Part shown: positions 1 to 10,154 of the stretch, in pieces | Layout: each line of letters opens with the position of its first letter | How positions within the stretch are numbered: the stretch's first letter is position 1 | Assembly: GCA_965218695.1 (NCBI GenBank) | Contig: OZ244651.1 | Coordinates: 832,001 to 896,000 of the forward strand | Source: Nitrosopumilus sp. | Lineage (GTDB): Archaea > Thermoproteota > Nitrososphaeria > Nitrososphaerales > Nitrosopumilaceae | Length of the DNA: 64,000 nt | Reading direction: 5' to 3' | The notes under the pieces: generated by a model | Told to the model about the DNA's origin: nothing | Seen by the model: the letters and a program-made list of their open reading frames with translations, nothing else | Database searches by the model: none | Made by a program: the position numbers and the translations under genes

Positions 1-644
1 AGTGAATATCATTCGGATATCGCCGATGGCAGCAATAAAATCATCCTGATCATGTATCTCTGCGCTGCTCGGGACCGCGTCAAGCAATGACATGTCGACG
101 ACGTTTACCGTAAGGGTTGTCTCGGCTGCATTGCCCGCCCTGTCCGTACACCTGAAAGTCACAGTCTGTATTCCGGTGGTCTCCGTGCTGACTGTGTTAG
201 GGGATGCCAGTACGAATGGATCCCTTTCGTGCTCGTCAATACACGTTACTTCCGGCTGAGTGTACGTGCCGTTCAGACCTATGCGGATAGTATTACTGCC
301 TATGATTTCAATTACAGGGGGGGTTGTGTCGCGCACAATGACTGCCAGGGTGGCAGCGGCAGGGTTGTTGGCAGTATCGGAGCATCCGAAAGTAACAGTC
401 TGGGTTACGGTGCGTGTTGTGTCGATGTCACCCACAGTGGTAACATCCGTAATTGCACCATCCACGTCGTCGATGCATGTGACGGCAGGTTCTTCATAGA
501 TATCATAAGGATCTAGAAAAAGCGGATTGTCGCCGACAATTGTAATTACCGGGGGAGTTACATCGCGAACAATGACTGTCAGGGTGGCAGCGGCAGGGTT
601 GCCTGCAGCGTCGGTGCAGCCGAAAGTCACGGTGTATGTTCCAG

Positions 645-1816
645 AGACATCATCCGTAATTGGGCATAATCACGAGATTGGACGCATTGCAGGACAAATC
701 TGGCTGACTGCATGGAATTGCATGTCAATTCGAACTTGCCCGATGATCAAAACTATACGTCAGCCGTGTTTTATTCTGATTGCCAATGTCAAAGCATGTC
801 ATTATACGACAAATTAGCAAAAAAGCCCAAACTGTTCATCCGGTGCACTGGACTGACAGTCTCCGAATTTAATTTGGTGGCAGGGCGGCTGGCAAAAAAA
901 TACCCCAAGGCAGAGCAAAAGCGACTCGCCAAAAGAAGCAGGGTGCGCGGCATTGGTGCCGGACGCAGGTGGAAACTGGATCTGAAAAACAGGTTTCTTC
1001 TGGTCCTGTTTTATTACAGGACATACGCTACGCAGGATCTTCTTGCCCTGACGTTCCATGTGGGTCAGGCCAGTGTGTCCCGCAGCATGGGGGCACTGGA
1101 GCCGTCGATCCGGCAGTGCGTTCCGCTTCCGTCAAAGATCTACGCCAACATCAAGGCCACCAAGACGCTTGACGATCTTGAGGAGATCATTCCTGGCCTG
1201 ACTGCCCTGATTGATGCCTCCGAGCAGCAGATACAGCGTCCCGGACGCAAGGACATGGAACGGTCCCACTACTCGGGCAAGGCACACAGGCACACGTCCA
1301 AGGTCCAGTACACGTCGGCCACGGACGGCCTCATCCTTCACAAGACCCGGCATTCCCCGGGCAGGATCCACGACTTTGCAGTATTCAAGAAGAAACACCC
1401 GACATTCCCTGACAACCTTCCACGCAAGGACGGGAGCAAGGACAAGGAAAGGATCAAAGTCAGAGAGATCCTGGACAACGGATACCAGGGGATCAACAAA
1501 GAATTTCCTGACCGGGATGCAGTAGTGCCGTACAAGAAGCAAAAAGGCGCAGAATTGTCCCCCGAGCAGAAGGAATTCAACAAAAAGCACTCAAAGGCAC
1601 GGGTGTATGTGGAGCACGCCATCCGCAGGGTCAAACGGTTTCGCATAATGAGCGGTGTCTACCGAAACCGCCTGAAAAAATACGACACCGTCAATGACAT
1701 CGTCTGCGGATTTGCCAACCTCAGGGTTCTCCTAGTCCGGGAAGCAACCTGATAGGAGTCAAAAAACCTACACAGTATAGGAAAATATGTACAATTTCTA
1801 ATTACGGATTATGTCT
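645..1816 (+). mobile_element. IS5-family (ISL2-like) element, 1172 bp
   Basis: TIR agacatcatccgtaatt / aattacggattatgtct (1 mismatch); 3-bp TSD CAG at 642-644 and 1817-1819. Confidence 0.9.
796..1752 (+). CDS. IS5-family transposase (HTH_Tnp_4 + DDE_Tnp_4 type)
   Basis: TGLTVSEF, IDASEQ, YSGKAHRH, DNGYQG and RVYVEHAIRRVKRF motifs; ORF track start 712, likely start 796. Confidence 0.9.
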   Translation: MSLYDKLAKKPKLFIRCTGLTVSEFNLVAGRLAKKYPKAEQKRLAKRSRVRGIGAGRRWKLDLKNRFLLVLFYYRTYATQDLLALTFHVGQASVSRSMGALEPSIRQCVPLPSKIYANIKATKTLDDLEEIIPGLTALIDASEQQIQRPGRKDMERSHYSGKAHRHTSKVQYTSATDGLILHKTRHSPGRIHDFAVFKKKHPTFPDNLPRKDGSKDKERIKVREILDNGYQGINKEFPDRDAVVPYKKQKGAELSPEQKEFNKKHSKARVYVEHAIRRVKRFRIMSGVYRNRLKKYDTVNDIVCGFANLRVLLVREAT

Positions 1817-2417
1817 CAGGTACGGCGGTGTCGACTGTGCCGGTGACGGTGATGTCGGATATGGCACCGTCGACTGCGTCCTCGCACGTTACTGCCGGAT
1901 GACTGTACGTGCCGTTCTGGTCTATGGCAAGCGGGTTGTCGCCTGGGATCGTGATGGCCGGTTGAGTTGCATCACGTATGTGGACTGTCAGGGTGGCAGC
2001 GGCAGGGTTGCCTGCAGCGTCGGTGCAGCCGAAAGTCACGGTGTATGTTCCAGGTACGGCGGTGTCGACTGTGCCGGTGACGGTGATGTCGGATATGGCA
2101 CCGTCGACTGCGTCCTCGCACGTTACTGCCGGATGACTGTACGTGCCGTTCTGGTCTATGGCAAGCGGGTTGTCGCCTGGGATCGTGATGGCCGGTTGAG
2201 TTGCATCACGTATGTGGACTGTCAGGGTGGCAGCGGCAGGGTTGCCTGCAGCGTCGGTGCAGCCGAAAGTCACGGTGTATGTTCCAGGTACGGCGGTGTC
2301 GACTGTGCCGGTGACGGTGATGTCGGATATGGCACCGTCGACTGCGTCCTCGCACGTTACTGCCGGATGACTGTACGTGCCGTTCTGGTCTATGGCAAGC
2401 GGGTTGTCGCCTGGGAT
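1817..2417. repeat. Perfect 234-bp tandem repeat (78-aa Ig-like unit), about 2.6 copies here plus the remainder at 574-644
   Basis: caggtacggcggtgtcgac recurs at 1817, 2051 and 2285 (period 234); 574-644 is identical to 1983-2053. Confidence 0.95.
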
Positions 2418-3091
2418 TGCAATGACAGGGGGCGTGGTGTCACTTACAGTGTCAGTTGAATTGGTACCTTCAAGTGCATCTTCGTCACCCATAGGTTGCA
2501 GTCCATTATCGGAATCTGCTGCCACAGCACATGCACCAATCGGCCCCAGGACAAATATTGCAAACTCGTCGGATGGATGGATAACACCAGTTGCAACAAT
2601 GCCAGTACATTCCGAATCATCGCCATTCGTGTTCCATGTCAGGAATGCCTGAAATTTGGCATCGGCAGGTTCTTGCATCTTGCTGTAGAGCAAGGCATCA
2701 ACCTTGTCGAGAATGACATCAGGTTGTGGGTATGCAGTACTGCCATCTGCAATAGAACCTCCAGTTAGATGCTCTGAAGGCATGGCCTGAGATTCAGATG
2801 ACGTCATGGATGCAAATACAACTAAAAACATGACAGAAAGTAGGGTAACTGGCAGTATGGCAGATGCGACATTCCGCTGGTCAGGCATATCATCATATGA
2901 CATTGACGTGGATAAATCTGCCGTATCAGCGTGTCTCGGGCGGGAGAGCCTGCCGCATAGCAAGACGGGAGAGATATAGTACATTTTTGTACAAGTGCCA
3001 CCCAGCCTGGCACCTGCGCGCGTCGCTCAAGATGTCCAAGAACTTGGCAGATGCAGCATCCAGGCGCATATGCATCCAGGATGTCGGGATC

Positions 3092-4600
3092 CTACCGTAG
3101 TGCCAGCGGCGTGACTGCCGTAGACACCGGAGACGACGGGTTCGATACGTCGAATATGTGGACTATGTTCTCGTCGTCCATCATGACAAGCGCAAGCGTC
3201 GCAGAGTCAGTGTGCACCACTCCCGCACTGCGCACCCCGTAGATGGTCGTGCCTTCCAGTCCGGCGCTAATCAGCCCTCCCAGCGTCGGGGATTCGGGAT
3301 CTGTGACGTCGACAAACTGCACGCTGTCCCGCGCGCTTGCAGCCGCCACGTACGTCCTGTCTCCAATTACTGCCATCTCCACCATCTGGACTGCGTGCAT
3401 GTATCCCCCGTCTTGGTGGCCATGCATGCTAGACAGCCTGGCAGGATTATACGGATCCGAGATGTCCACCACAACGACTGCATCAGACAGAAACGTTCCT
3501 GCCACCATCAGGGACGCATCGCCCACCGTTATGGCATCCACGTCAGTGATATGGTACAGCAGGTCGTACCCATCCATCCCGCCCCGGACAAACGATGCCT
3601 GTCTTGGCGTTGCAGGATCCGTAATGTCGATTACCCGGATGCTGCTATCCCGAAAGCTTGACACGACTGCAAAGGTGCCGTCGCCTATATCCACGACGGA
3701 TATGTCCTCTGCCCCCACCAGCTCAAAGCCATCCTGGCCGTCGCGTGCGGTTGCGACCATTACCGGGTTGGCAGGATCGCTGATGTCAAACACATGCACC
3801 GCATCCTCATTGAATGCTGCTGCCACGGCGTATGAGGTGCCGTCGATTTCAGTCATGACCACGTTGCCTGCGCCGGTAAATCCTTCAAACCCGGAATTAC
3901 CGCCCTGTATGACAGACACCGGAACGGGTTTTTCAGGGTCACTCATGTCTACAATCTGGATCACGCCGTCCCTGAACCCGGATATCATGGCATGCATGCC
4001 ATCTCCCACAACACCTGACGCCACGCTTATCGGCCTGCCCATGTCAAACCCGTCCTGACCGTCTTGAATCACATACTTGGGAATCGGCTTGTACGGATCC
4101 GTAATGTCGGTCACGCGTACTGCGTCGTCGACGTATGCAGTCAAAAGCGCATACGCCCTGCCATCAACTGTAAACAATTCCATCTCGTCGCCCAACAGCG
4201 TCCACGCCCTATCAGGTCCGGACAGGATAGACGACAGCACCTCAGGCGAAGACGGGTCGGTCACATCCACCACGTATATCCCGTCTGCAAAGACATCTGT
4301 CACCACGGCATACGTGCCTGCCCCGGTTGAGATCACGGACACGTCGGCCACGCTGCCCAGCTCAAACGATTCCGGGCCAGCCATCACCGGGGATGCCGGA
4401 TCTGTGATGTCAATTATGTTCAGGTACCCATCCACATAGTCTGGCACCAAAACGTACGTCCCGCCTGCGTTACTCATGACATCCAGATCCTTGGGCCCGG
4501 ACAGGTGCTCAAAGCCATCCTGGCCGTTCTGGACGCGCGCAGTCACTGCAGGCGCATAGGGATCAGATATGTCTAGTATTGTCACGCTGTCGTCATGCGT
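3092..4600 (-). CDS. LVIVD-repeat beta-propeller surface protein, probably 5'-truncated
   Basis: About 10 repeats of 'V.DITDP..P......DGQDGF'; ORF 3092-4759 has an atypical N-terminus with no signal peptide. Confidence 0.75.
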   Translation of the reverse strand, partial: THDDSVTILDISDPYAPAVTARVQNGQDGFEHLSGPKDLDVMSNAGGTYVLVPDYVDGYLNIIDITDPASPVMAGPESFELGSVADVSVISTGAGTYAVVTDVFADGIYVVDVTDPSSPEVLSSILSGPDRAWTLLGDEMELFTVDGRAYALLTAYVDDAVRVTDITDPYKPIPKYVIQDGQDGFDMGRPISVASGVVGDGMHAMISGFRDGVIQIVDMSDPEKPVPVSVIQGGNSGFEGFTGAGNVVMTEIDGTSYAVAAAFNEDAVHVFDISDPANPVMVATARDGQDGFELVGAEDISVVDIGDGTFAVVSSFRDSSIRVIDITDPATPRQASFVRGGMDGYDLLYHITDVDAITVGDASLMVAGTFLSDAVVVVDISDPYNPARLSSMHGHQDGGYMHAVQMVEMAVIGDRTYVAAASARDSVQFVDVTDPESPTLGGLISAGLEGTTIYGVRSAGVVHTDSATLALVMMDDENIVHIFDVSNPSSPVSTAVTPLALR

Positions 4601-5055
4601 CTTGACCACCCTACTTGACAGGACACGTGTGTCAAACCATACCATGTTCACAAAGAACTGGTTTGGGTATCGGGGCCGTGCGGTCTTGCAGTTTATTGCA
4701 CACGGACAGGACTGTACGAATCTGGTTGCAGGACAAACCCTTGAAAGGTACATTTCCATCTACTGAGGAACCAAGATAAGCGGTCAGTTCGGTACAGGAT
4801 AATCGGACAACTTGTGCCTAAACGTAGCATCTTACTGTCCAATTGTTGTCTGAATCCCGGCATCAAGTGTCAAAGAACGCCACAGGTGCATTGCAGGCTA
4901 CGACGGCTGATCCTGCAATTCCGGACTGGCAGGAACCAAGATCATGCAGGTGACAGGATAGGCACGTTCCGAATGGCACCACAGAAAGGCCACCACATGC
5001 AGTATGCACACCGGTTCACTGTGAGGCTTAAATGGGACAACTCTCAGAATTTTAC

Positions 5056-5129
5056 GGGATCGTGGTCTAGATTGGTAGGATTCTGCGTTCGGGTCGCAGA
5101 GATCGTGCGTTCAAATCGCACCGATCCCA
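5056..5129 (+). tRNA. tRNA-Pro(CGG)
   Basis: Acceptor GGGATCG/CGATCCC, anticodon arm CTGCG-TTCGGGT-CGCAG, T-arm GTGCG-TTCAAAT-CGCAC; TATA-like cttaaat about 25 nt upstream. Confidence 0.95.
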
Positions 5130-5238
5130 TCGAAATCATCGCTATGCAGAAACGCATTCGGGTACAAATATGAAAAACTATGCAGCAGTATGAAAAACCT
5201 TGACCCATCCTGTAAAATAAAACCTCGGGCAACACCAC

Positions 5239-5439
5239 TTGATGCAAGTACGGACAAGAAGCGGCTGGTGGTACCTGTTGCCCATATTTCTTGGAGTGGT
5301 AGGAGGAATCATCGGATACTTTGTCATCCGCCATGACGATCCAAAAAAGGCAAAAAACTGCATGTACCTTGGAGTCGCCTTGACCGCAGTCCACATAGCG
5401 CTGAACATCGTATCTGCGGCAGTAGGTTTCGTCTTCTGA
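5239..5439 (+). CDS. Small membrane protein (2 TM)
   Basis: WYLLPIFLG..GG.IGYF...DDP.KAKNC, a typical thaumarchaeal small membrane protein. Confidence 0.75.
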   Translation: MMQVRTRSGWWYLLPIFLGVVGGIIGYFVIRHDDPKKAKNCMYLGVALTAVHIALNIVSAAVGFVF

Positions 5440-5613
5440 TTCTCGACCAGGTATGCATGATGTCCCGGCCGTTGCATTTTGTGCAAGCCATTCTTGATGC
5501 AGAATCTGGCTTCTTTGCCCGCAGGACCGCCTGCACCGGGTCAGTTGCTGCTGCTGTTGTTGTTTGGCCACACGAGGCCGGCATGTTCCCCGCGGCAATT
5601 TGGGGGCAGGTGC

Positions 5614-6114
5614 CTATTTTTTGGAATTCTCAAGTGCGTTTGTCACGGCCCGGTTCATAATCTCCACCATCAGATACTGGGAGTACTCCTCAGGCTTCTT
5701 CCCCTTTGGCGCGTCCGTCGATATATCCAATCCCTGAAGGATCTTTTCAAGCTTTGCAGATGTCCTGGTTATGATTTTGGAGTACTTTGTATCAAAGTCG
5801 TCCGGCGGCTGAAAGCCCATCAGTCGGATTGACGTGCCATAATACTTTGTGACCGCGCCCCTCTGTTCCTCGATCCTTGTAATCTCAATCATTCCTGATC
5901 CCTTTAGAATCTCCAAATGGTGGCGGATCGTAGTCAGCGCCTTGTTAAAGCCGACTTTTTTGAGCTTTTGGGTAATCTGGTCTGCAGAAAGACTCTGCTT
6001 GTACAGCATCTCTACAACCTTTGCCCGAATGGGATCCTCGATTGCACGCGCATGGGTTATGCTTGTAGTGACTATGCGGTTTATCTTGATGGGCCTTTCC
6101 AGCAGCGTTGACAT
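5614..6114 (-). CDS. ArsR-family winged-helix regulator
   Basis: AIEDPIRAKVVEML...TIRHHLEILK.SGMIE...KYY. Confidence 0.85.
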   Translation of the reverse strand: MSTLLERPIKINRIVTTSITHARAIEDPIRAKVVEMLYKQSLSADQITQKLKKVGFNKALTTIRHHLEILKGSGMIEITRIEEQRGAVTKYYGTSIRLMGFQPPDDFDTKYSKIITRTSAKLEKILQGLDISTDAPKGKKPEEYSQYLMVEIMNRAVTNALENSKK

Positions 6115-6265
6115 GCTTGGATTCCTGGTTTGATCTAAAAGATACCAGCATCATATTTTTTTGTCCAGTAGCATTGTTTTTTCCCCGCTACAGAATCCGT
6201 CTCATCAGGTACGCCGGCACATGGCCTGCACCGGGAGGCTTTTGCACAACCACACCTTATGGGAA

Positions 6266-6652
6266 TCAGGAGCCCATCATGCCGACCATCTTGGGCAGTT
6301 CACGGTAGGCCTTGCTCACAAAGACATCGTTATCGGCACTGATCATGACAAACTCCATGGAGTTTTCTGGAGGAGGCGAGACTATGACCTTCTGTCCTGC
6401 CCTCAAGGTTCCCAGATCCAACGTGTCTCCGTCTCCAAAATTGATATGAATGTTGGTAAGGGGTTCAGAACCGGTATTCTGTATCGTCACGCGGCCCATT
6501 ACAAACAGGCTCTGCTTGTCCAGTATCGGGTCGACAAATATGTCATGTTTCTGCGTGGCCACAGACAGTTTGAGCACGTCGGCACCAAACACTACTGCCA
6601 TCAGCACAATCACCCCAATCCCCAATCCTATAAGCACGGTGTACTGCTTCAC
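6266..6652 (-). CDS. Membrane-anchored Ig-like hypothetical protein
   Basis: N-terminal TM; VTIQNTGSEPLTNI beta-sandwich pattern. Confidence 0.7.
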   Translation of the reverse strand: MKQYTVLIGLGIGVIVLMAVVFGADVLKLSVATQKHDIFVDPILDKQSLFVMGRVTIQNTGSEPLTNIHINFGDGDTLDLGTLRAGQKVIVSPPPENSMEFVMISADNDVFVSKAYRELPKMVGMMGS

Positions 6653-6739
6653 AGCAATGCTTGTTACATCTGATAATTAAGGATCACATACTGCAGCCAT
6701 GCAAGGGACGAAGTTTGTCCTCATGCTCAGGACATCAGG

Positions 6740-7048
6740 TATGTTCTTTGGATATTTGTAAAGCACCTGGTCATATAAAAAAAAAGATGTCGTGCGCATC
6801 TACCAGTCTCAATTTGGATGCTATTTCCAGCTGCTCAAGAATCCAATCCGCCCAAGTGATCTTGTAAAATGGCAGCATGTGAGAGCCGTTGCCCGGGGCG
6901 TGATTCCTTTAGACAGGCGATATCGTTCTGCTGCCAACCCTGAAGTTTTTTCATAAACTGCAGCAGGGATTCCATTCTGGGCGAGCAGTGCGGCTGCCGA
7001 CAGGACACTTATGCCGCCACCGAGCACGATTACTGCATTCACAGGCAA
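6740..7048 (-). pseudogene. Decayed FAD-dependent oxidoreductase (phytoene dehydrogenase-like) N-terminus
   Basis: VIVLGGGISVLSAAALLAQNG...VYEK Rossmann motif followed by frameshifts and truncation; lower bound approximate. Confidence 0.6.
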
Positions 7049-7214
7049 TTTTGAAGGTTTCTGTATACAATCTAGTGTTAATTTTTATTACTAGTGTCTA
7101 TTTTGCCACCAAGCTGTAAAAGGCAGGCATGGATTAGTACATAATTCGTTATTTTTGGACACTAGGAAATATAATTACCACGAGTTTAAATATCATAATA
7201 GGGTAATTAGACTG

Positions 7215-8099
7215 ATGAAAACATGGATAACAGTCATGGCAATACTTGCAATGCTATCAGTCTCCCAATTGGCAGATGCACAGACGGTGCCATCATGGAT
7301 TAAGAGTAATGCAGACTTTTGGGTACAGGAACAGATCAGTGACGAAGTGTTCGTACAGGGAATAGAGTACCTGATTTCAGAAGGGATCATGCACGTATCA
7401 GTCACGCAGGAGACACAAGAGTCATCAGAGGGTATCCCTGACTGGGTAAGGAATGTTGCCGAGTTTTGGGTGGATGGCAGCATCGAGGACAGCGAATTTC
7501 TTGGCGGAATTCAATACCTTGTGGAGGTGGGAATCATTGTAGTTGGAGCTCAGGAGCACGAGGATACAGGTTCGGAGGACGCAAGACTGGCAGAGCTTGA
7601 AGGAGAACTGCTGGCATGCGAGGATATCAAGAAGGCAGCCAAGAGATCAGACTGCAGAAAGGCAGCCCAGCATGCAGTAACCGTATACAAGTACAAGGCA
7701 GAGGCCCAGTTGATTCATGCCGGACCGATCAACTTCTACTGGAACGGAATCGGTTCTGAGGGAAGCGATCTTGAAATCAGCCCCACAGGCCAGGCAATCC
7801 TGACAATCAGAATGCTTGCAGAGAACACCGATTCGGAGAACGTTGCCCTGCAGTGCACGAGTCCGCAGATTTGCAGCTACGATGTCTGGAACGGGGATAC
7901 TGCCTTCAAGTATGCAGGCACAGACTTTACCAACGGACAGATTGTGCTCAAGCCCGGTCAGGCCAAGGAGTTCAACATGCTCTTTGGGCCCGACATCGGA
8001 TACGGCGGGACACAGTTCATCTACGATTCCTCAAAAGACTACTACTTTAGGATATCTGAGCACTGGGGAAGTGCCGAGGTTCCTCTTGGCTTGGATTAG
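7215..8099 (+). CDS. Secreted protein with two thaumarchaeal 'PxWIKxxAxxW' repeats
   Basis: Signal peptide; VPSWIKSNADFW...FVQGIEYLI and IPDWVRNVAEFW...FLGGIQYLV. Confidence 0.8.
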   Translation: MKTWITVMAILAMLSVSQLADAQTVPSWIKSNADFWVQEQISDEVFVQGIEYLISEGIMHVSVTQETQESSEGIPDWVRNVAEFWVDGSIEDSEFLGGIQYLVEVGIIVVGAQEHEDTGSEDARLAELEGELLACEDIKKAAKRSDCRKAAQHAVTVYKYKAEAQLIHAGPINFYWNGIGSEGSDLEISPTGQAILTIRMLAENTDSENVALQCTSPQICSYDVWNGDTAFKYAGTDFTNGQIVLKPGQAKEFNMLFGPDIGYGGTQFIYDSSKDYYFRISEHWGSAEVPLGLD

Positions 8100-8347
8100 T
8101 CCACCCTTTTTTTTAATAAGACGCATGCAGTCCCCTCAAGGATTGGCAGGCACCGCATTTGATTGGCAGCAGTTCCCATCTGCAGGCAGACGGGGTTCTG
8201 AGAGATTCCAGACACGTGTTGTCGGAGTGTCCCATACAGGAGCAGTCGGGCCATGCTGCAGATACGGATGCTACAAATATGCCACAGATACGCTGCAACA
8301 GCAACAGCATACGTTGGCAGAATGCCAAATTCCGGACAGGCAGCTGC

Positions 8348-8391
8348 CAGCAGGCATGCAGGGGATCAGCAGGCATGCAGGGGATCAGCAG
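8348..8391. repeat. 19-bp tandem duplication cagcaggcatgcaggggat x2 plus a partial copy
   Basis: Direct reading: 8348-8366 is identical to 8367-8385. Confidence 0.85.
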
Positions 8392-8436
8392 AATGCCTGA
8401 TGGATGGTTCGACGTGCAAGACCGGGGAATGGACTA

Positions 8437-9300
8437 ATGGTATACATACGAACAAAGCAAGTCATGGGTAAGAAGTATCTTTATCTGGTCAGAAGCGTCT
8501 GGGATTCTAAAAAAAGCACGTCGCGGCAGGAGATAATCAAGTATCTGGGAAGGGCCTCGGAGGTAGGACCCGATGACATACCGCCAGAGTACAGGGACAA
8601 CCCACGAATCAGTGCGTTTCTGGCAGGCAACACGACACACGGGACAGTCGAAAACGAAAAACTAATCCAAAAACTGAGGGAGGTTGCATTCAGGTCCCTA
8701 ACCATAGGGGATACGGACAGGGTACTTGAGATCTGCAAGTCATACACCAAGACATCCACTCTGGGGGATTTTTATGAGGACATCTTGAGGCCTGTGATGT
8801 ACGGGATAGGCGAATCATGGGCAAACAACGTGCTGAGCATAGCAGACGAGCATGTTGCCAGCAATGCCGCATCAAGGCTGGTCGGCATTCTCAGCAAAGG
8901 GAGATCGATGGCCAAGGGCAGTGCCAGAATCCTCATCTGCGTTCCCAGCGGAGAGGAACACAGTCTTGGGTGCAATGTAATGCAGTCGTTCTTACAAAAC
9001 ATGGGGCATACCGTATTCAACCTATCACCGTCGGCTCCAGCAGAGACGATCATTCATTTTATAAAAGAATCAGAGCCGGATGTCGTGCTAATCTCAATTA
9101 CAATCAAGGACAACATCAGGACAGGGCAGAGACTGGTAAAAAAGATCCAGGACGAGTGCAGTATACCGATTCTGGTCGGGGGACAGGCATTAAAGAACAG
9201 CAGCGCAAGGTTTGGGTGCAGCGTGATGACTGACGAATCACTGAAAGGCGCCCATAGGGCCGTCATGGATGCAATTGGCGGCAAAAGGCATGCAAAATGA
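8437..9300 (+). CDS. Cobalamin (B12)-binding domain protein with CarH-like B12-binding_2 + B12-binding domains and a transposase-like N-terminal domain
   Basis: W-x9-EH (WANNVLSIADEH), ExHxxG (EEHSLG), ISIT and VGG motifs. Confidence 0.85.
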   Translation: MVYIRTKQVMGKKYLYLVRSVWDSKKSTSRQEIIKYLGRASEVGPDDIPPEYRDNPRISAFLAGNTTHGTVENEKLIQKLREVAFRSLTIGDTDRVLEICKSYTKTSTLGDFYEDILRPVMYGIGESWANNVLSIADEHVASNAASRLVGILSKGRSMAKGSARILICVPSGEEHSLGCNVMQSFLQNMGHTVFNLSPSAPAETIIHFIKESEPDVVLISITIKDNIRTGQRLVKKIQDECSIPILVGGQALKNSSARFGCSVMTDESLKGAHRAVMDAIGGKRHAK

Positions 9301-9642
9301 CAACAACCGGATCCGACATCATGGAATGGTTTGCAAAGTTTGTCTGTCGCATGACCGCACCACACACGGGATTACGGGCGGAGGCGTACGTGCTGCTTTG
9401 TCATCTTTGCAGCCTTTGGGGTCGTGAGTCTCATGCCGGGTTGCCAAACGGCGTCCAGTCTTAAGCAGGAACAAATCCCATAATAGACGGGTACGCAGAA
9501 CAGACCAGAACGCGGCGCCTGCATGCACATCCATGTCGTCTCCAAAACTGGGCAGGGTTGTTTTCAGAATCCGCATGCACTGACATATTGAATACGCATG
9601 TGCCATCAAAAGACAGTTATAGAAACCTGCATAGTCCCATTC

Positions 9643-9933
9643 ATGCCACTTACAAACAGCGTCATTGCAAAACTCAACGAGATAACATCCCTGGTCGAGG
9701 ACAAGTCACACCTGTCGGATACGGAGATAGACGAGATAAAGGCCATCTTCAGGGAATTGGTGAAAAACGGGGAGATGTACAATGTTGACGAGATTGAGTT
9801 TTGGTTTGAAAACGAGGGCAGCTGGACTTCAAGGGCATCCAGGGTGCGGATAACAAACATATCCAGTTATGTCCAGGACAAGTTTCAGCAGACGGCACAC
9901 CTGAGAATGATTGACGACGGGTGCGGATGCTAG
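9643..9933 (+). CDS. Conserved hypothetical protein
   Basis: Protein-like ORF that overlaps the stop of the convergent gene. Confidence 0.7.
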   Translation: MPLTNSVIAKLNEITSLVEDKSHLSDTEIDEIKAIFRELVKNGEMYNVDEIEFWFENEGSWTSRASRVRITNISSYVQDKFQQTAHLRMIDDGCGC

Positions 9934-10154
9934 TCCTCAAGCCGTTCCAAGAGACGCCGGATTATTCCCGCATTCTCCCCGCGCTCATCAGATATTGAAT
10001 CCATCCTGACCCGGTCACTGCCTCCGGCCAAAACAATCTCAAGGTATTCCCTGTCAAGGTCACTGTTTGCCTGCAGCCTTTGGACTATCTCGAAGAGGAT
10101 CCCGATTACCTGCTTTTGCGCCTCGATTAACTCATCTTTGTCTCTTTCTGACAT
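9930..10154 (-). CDS. Small hypothetical protein
   Basis: Helical ORF overlapping the end of the HD gene, likely an operon. Confidence 0.7.
   Translation of the reverse strand: MSERDKDELIEAQKQVIGILFEIVQRLQANSDLDREYLEIVLAGGSDRVRMDSISDERGENAGIIRRLLERLED

Larger units (their letters stand above)
1..2984 (-). pseudogene. Surface protein with at least 5 DUF5011/Ig-like (HYR-like) repeats, interrupted by an IS5-like element at 645-1816; continues beyond the left edge
   Basis: N-terminal hydrophobic segment, then 78-aa repeats (DxTxPxITIxGDNP...VTCxDxVDG...FGCTDAAGNPA). Removing the IS plus one TSD copy restores an open frame to base 1 (PGTYTVTFGCTDAAGNPAAATLTVIVRDVTPPVITIVGDNP...). True start may be downstream of 2984. 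Confidence 0.85.

Noticed and set aside
443-456. catccgtaatt matching the IS terminal repeat at 651
   Set aside because: It lies in the intact coding repeat (AITDV) with no TSD or partner; likely coincidence.
1817-2417. Tandem repeat as a CRISPR-like array
   Set aside because: The 234-bp in-frame coding repeats have no spacers.
9480-9530. DQNAA motif as a TnpB C-terminal remnant
   Set aside because: No zinc finger or RuvC context in any frame.
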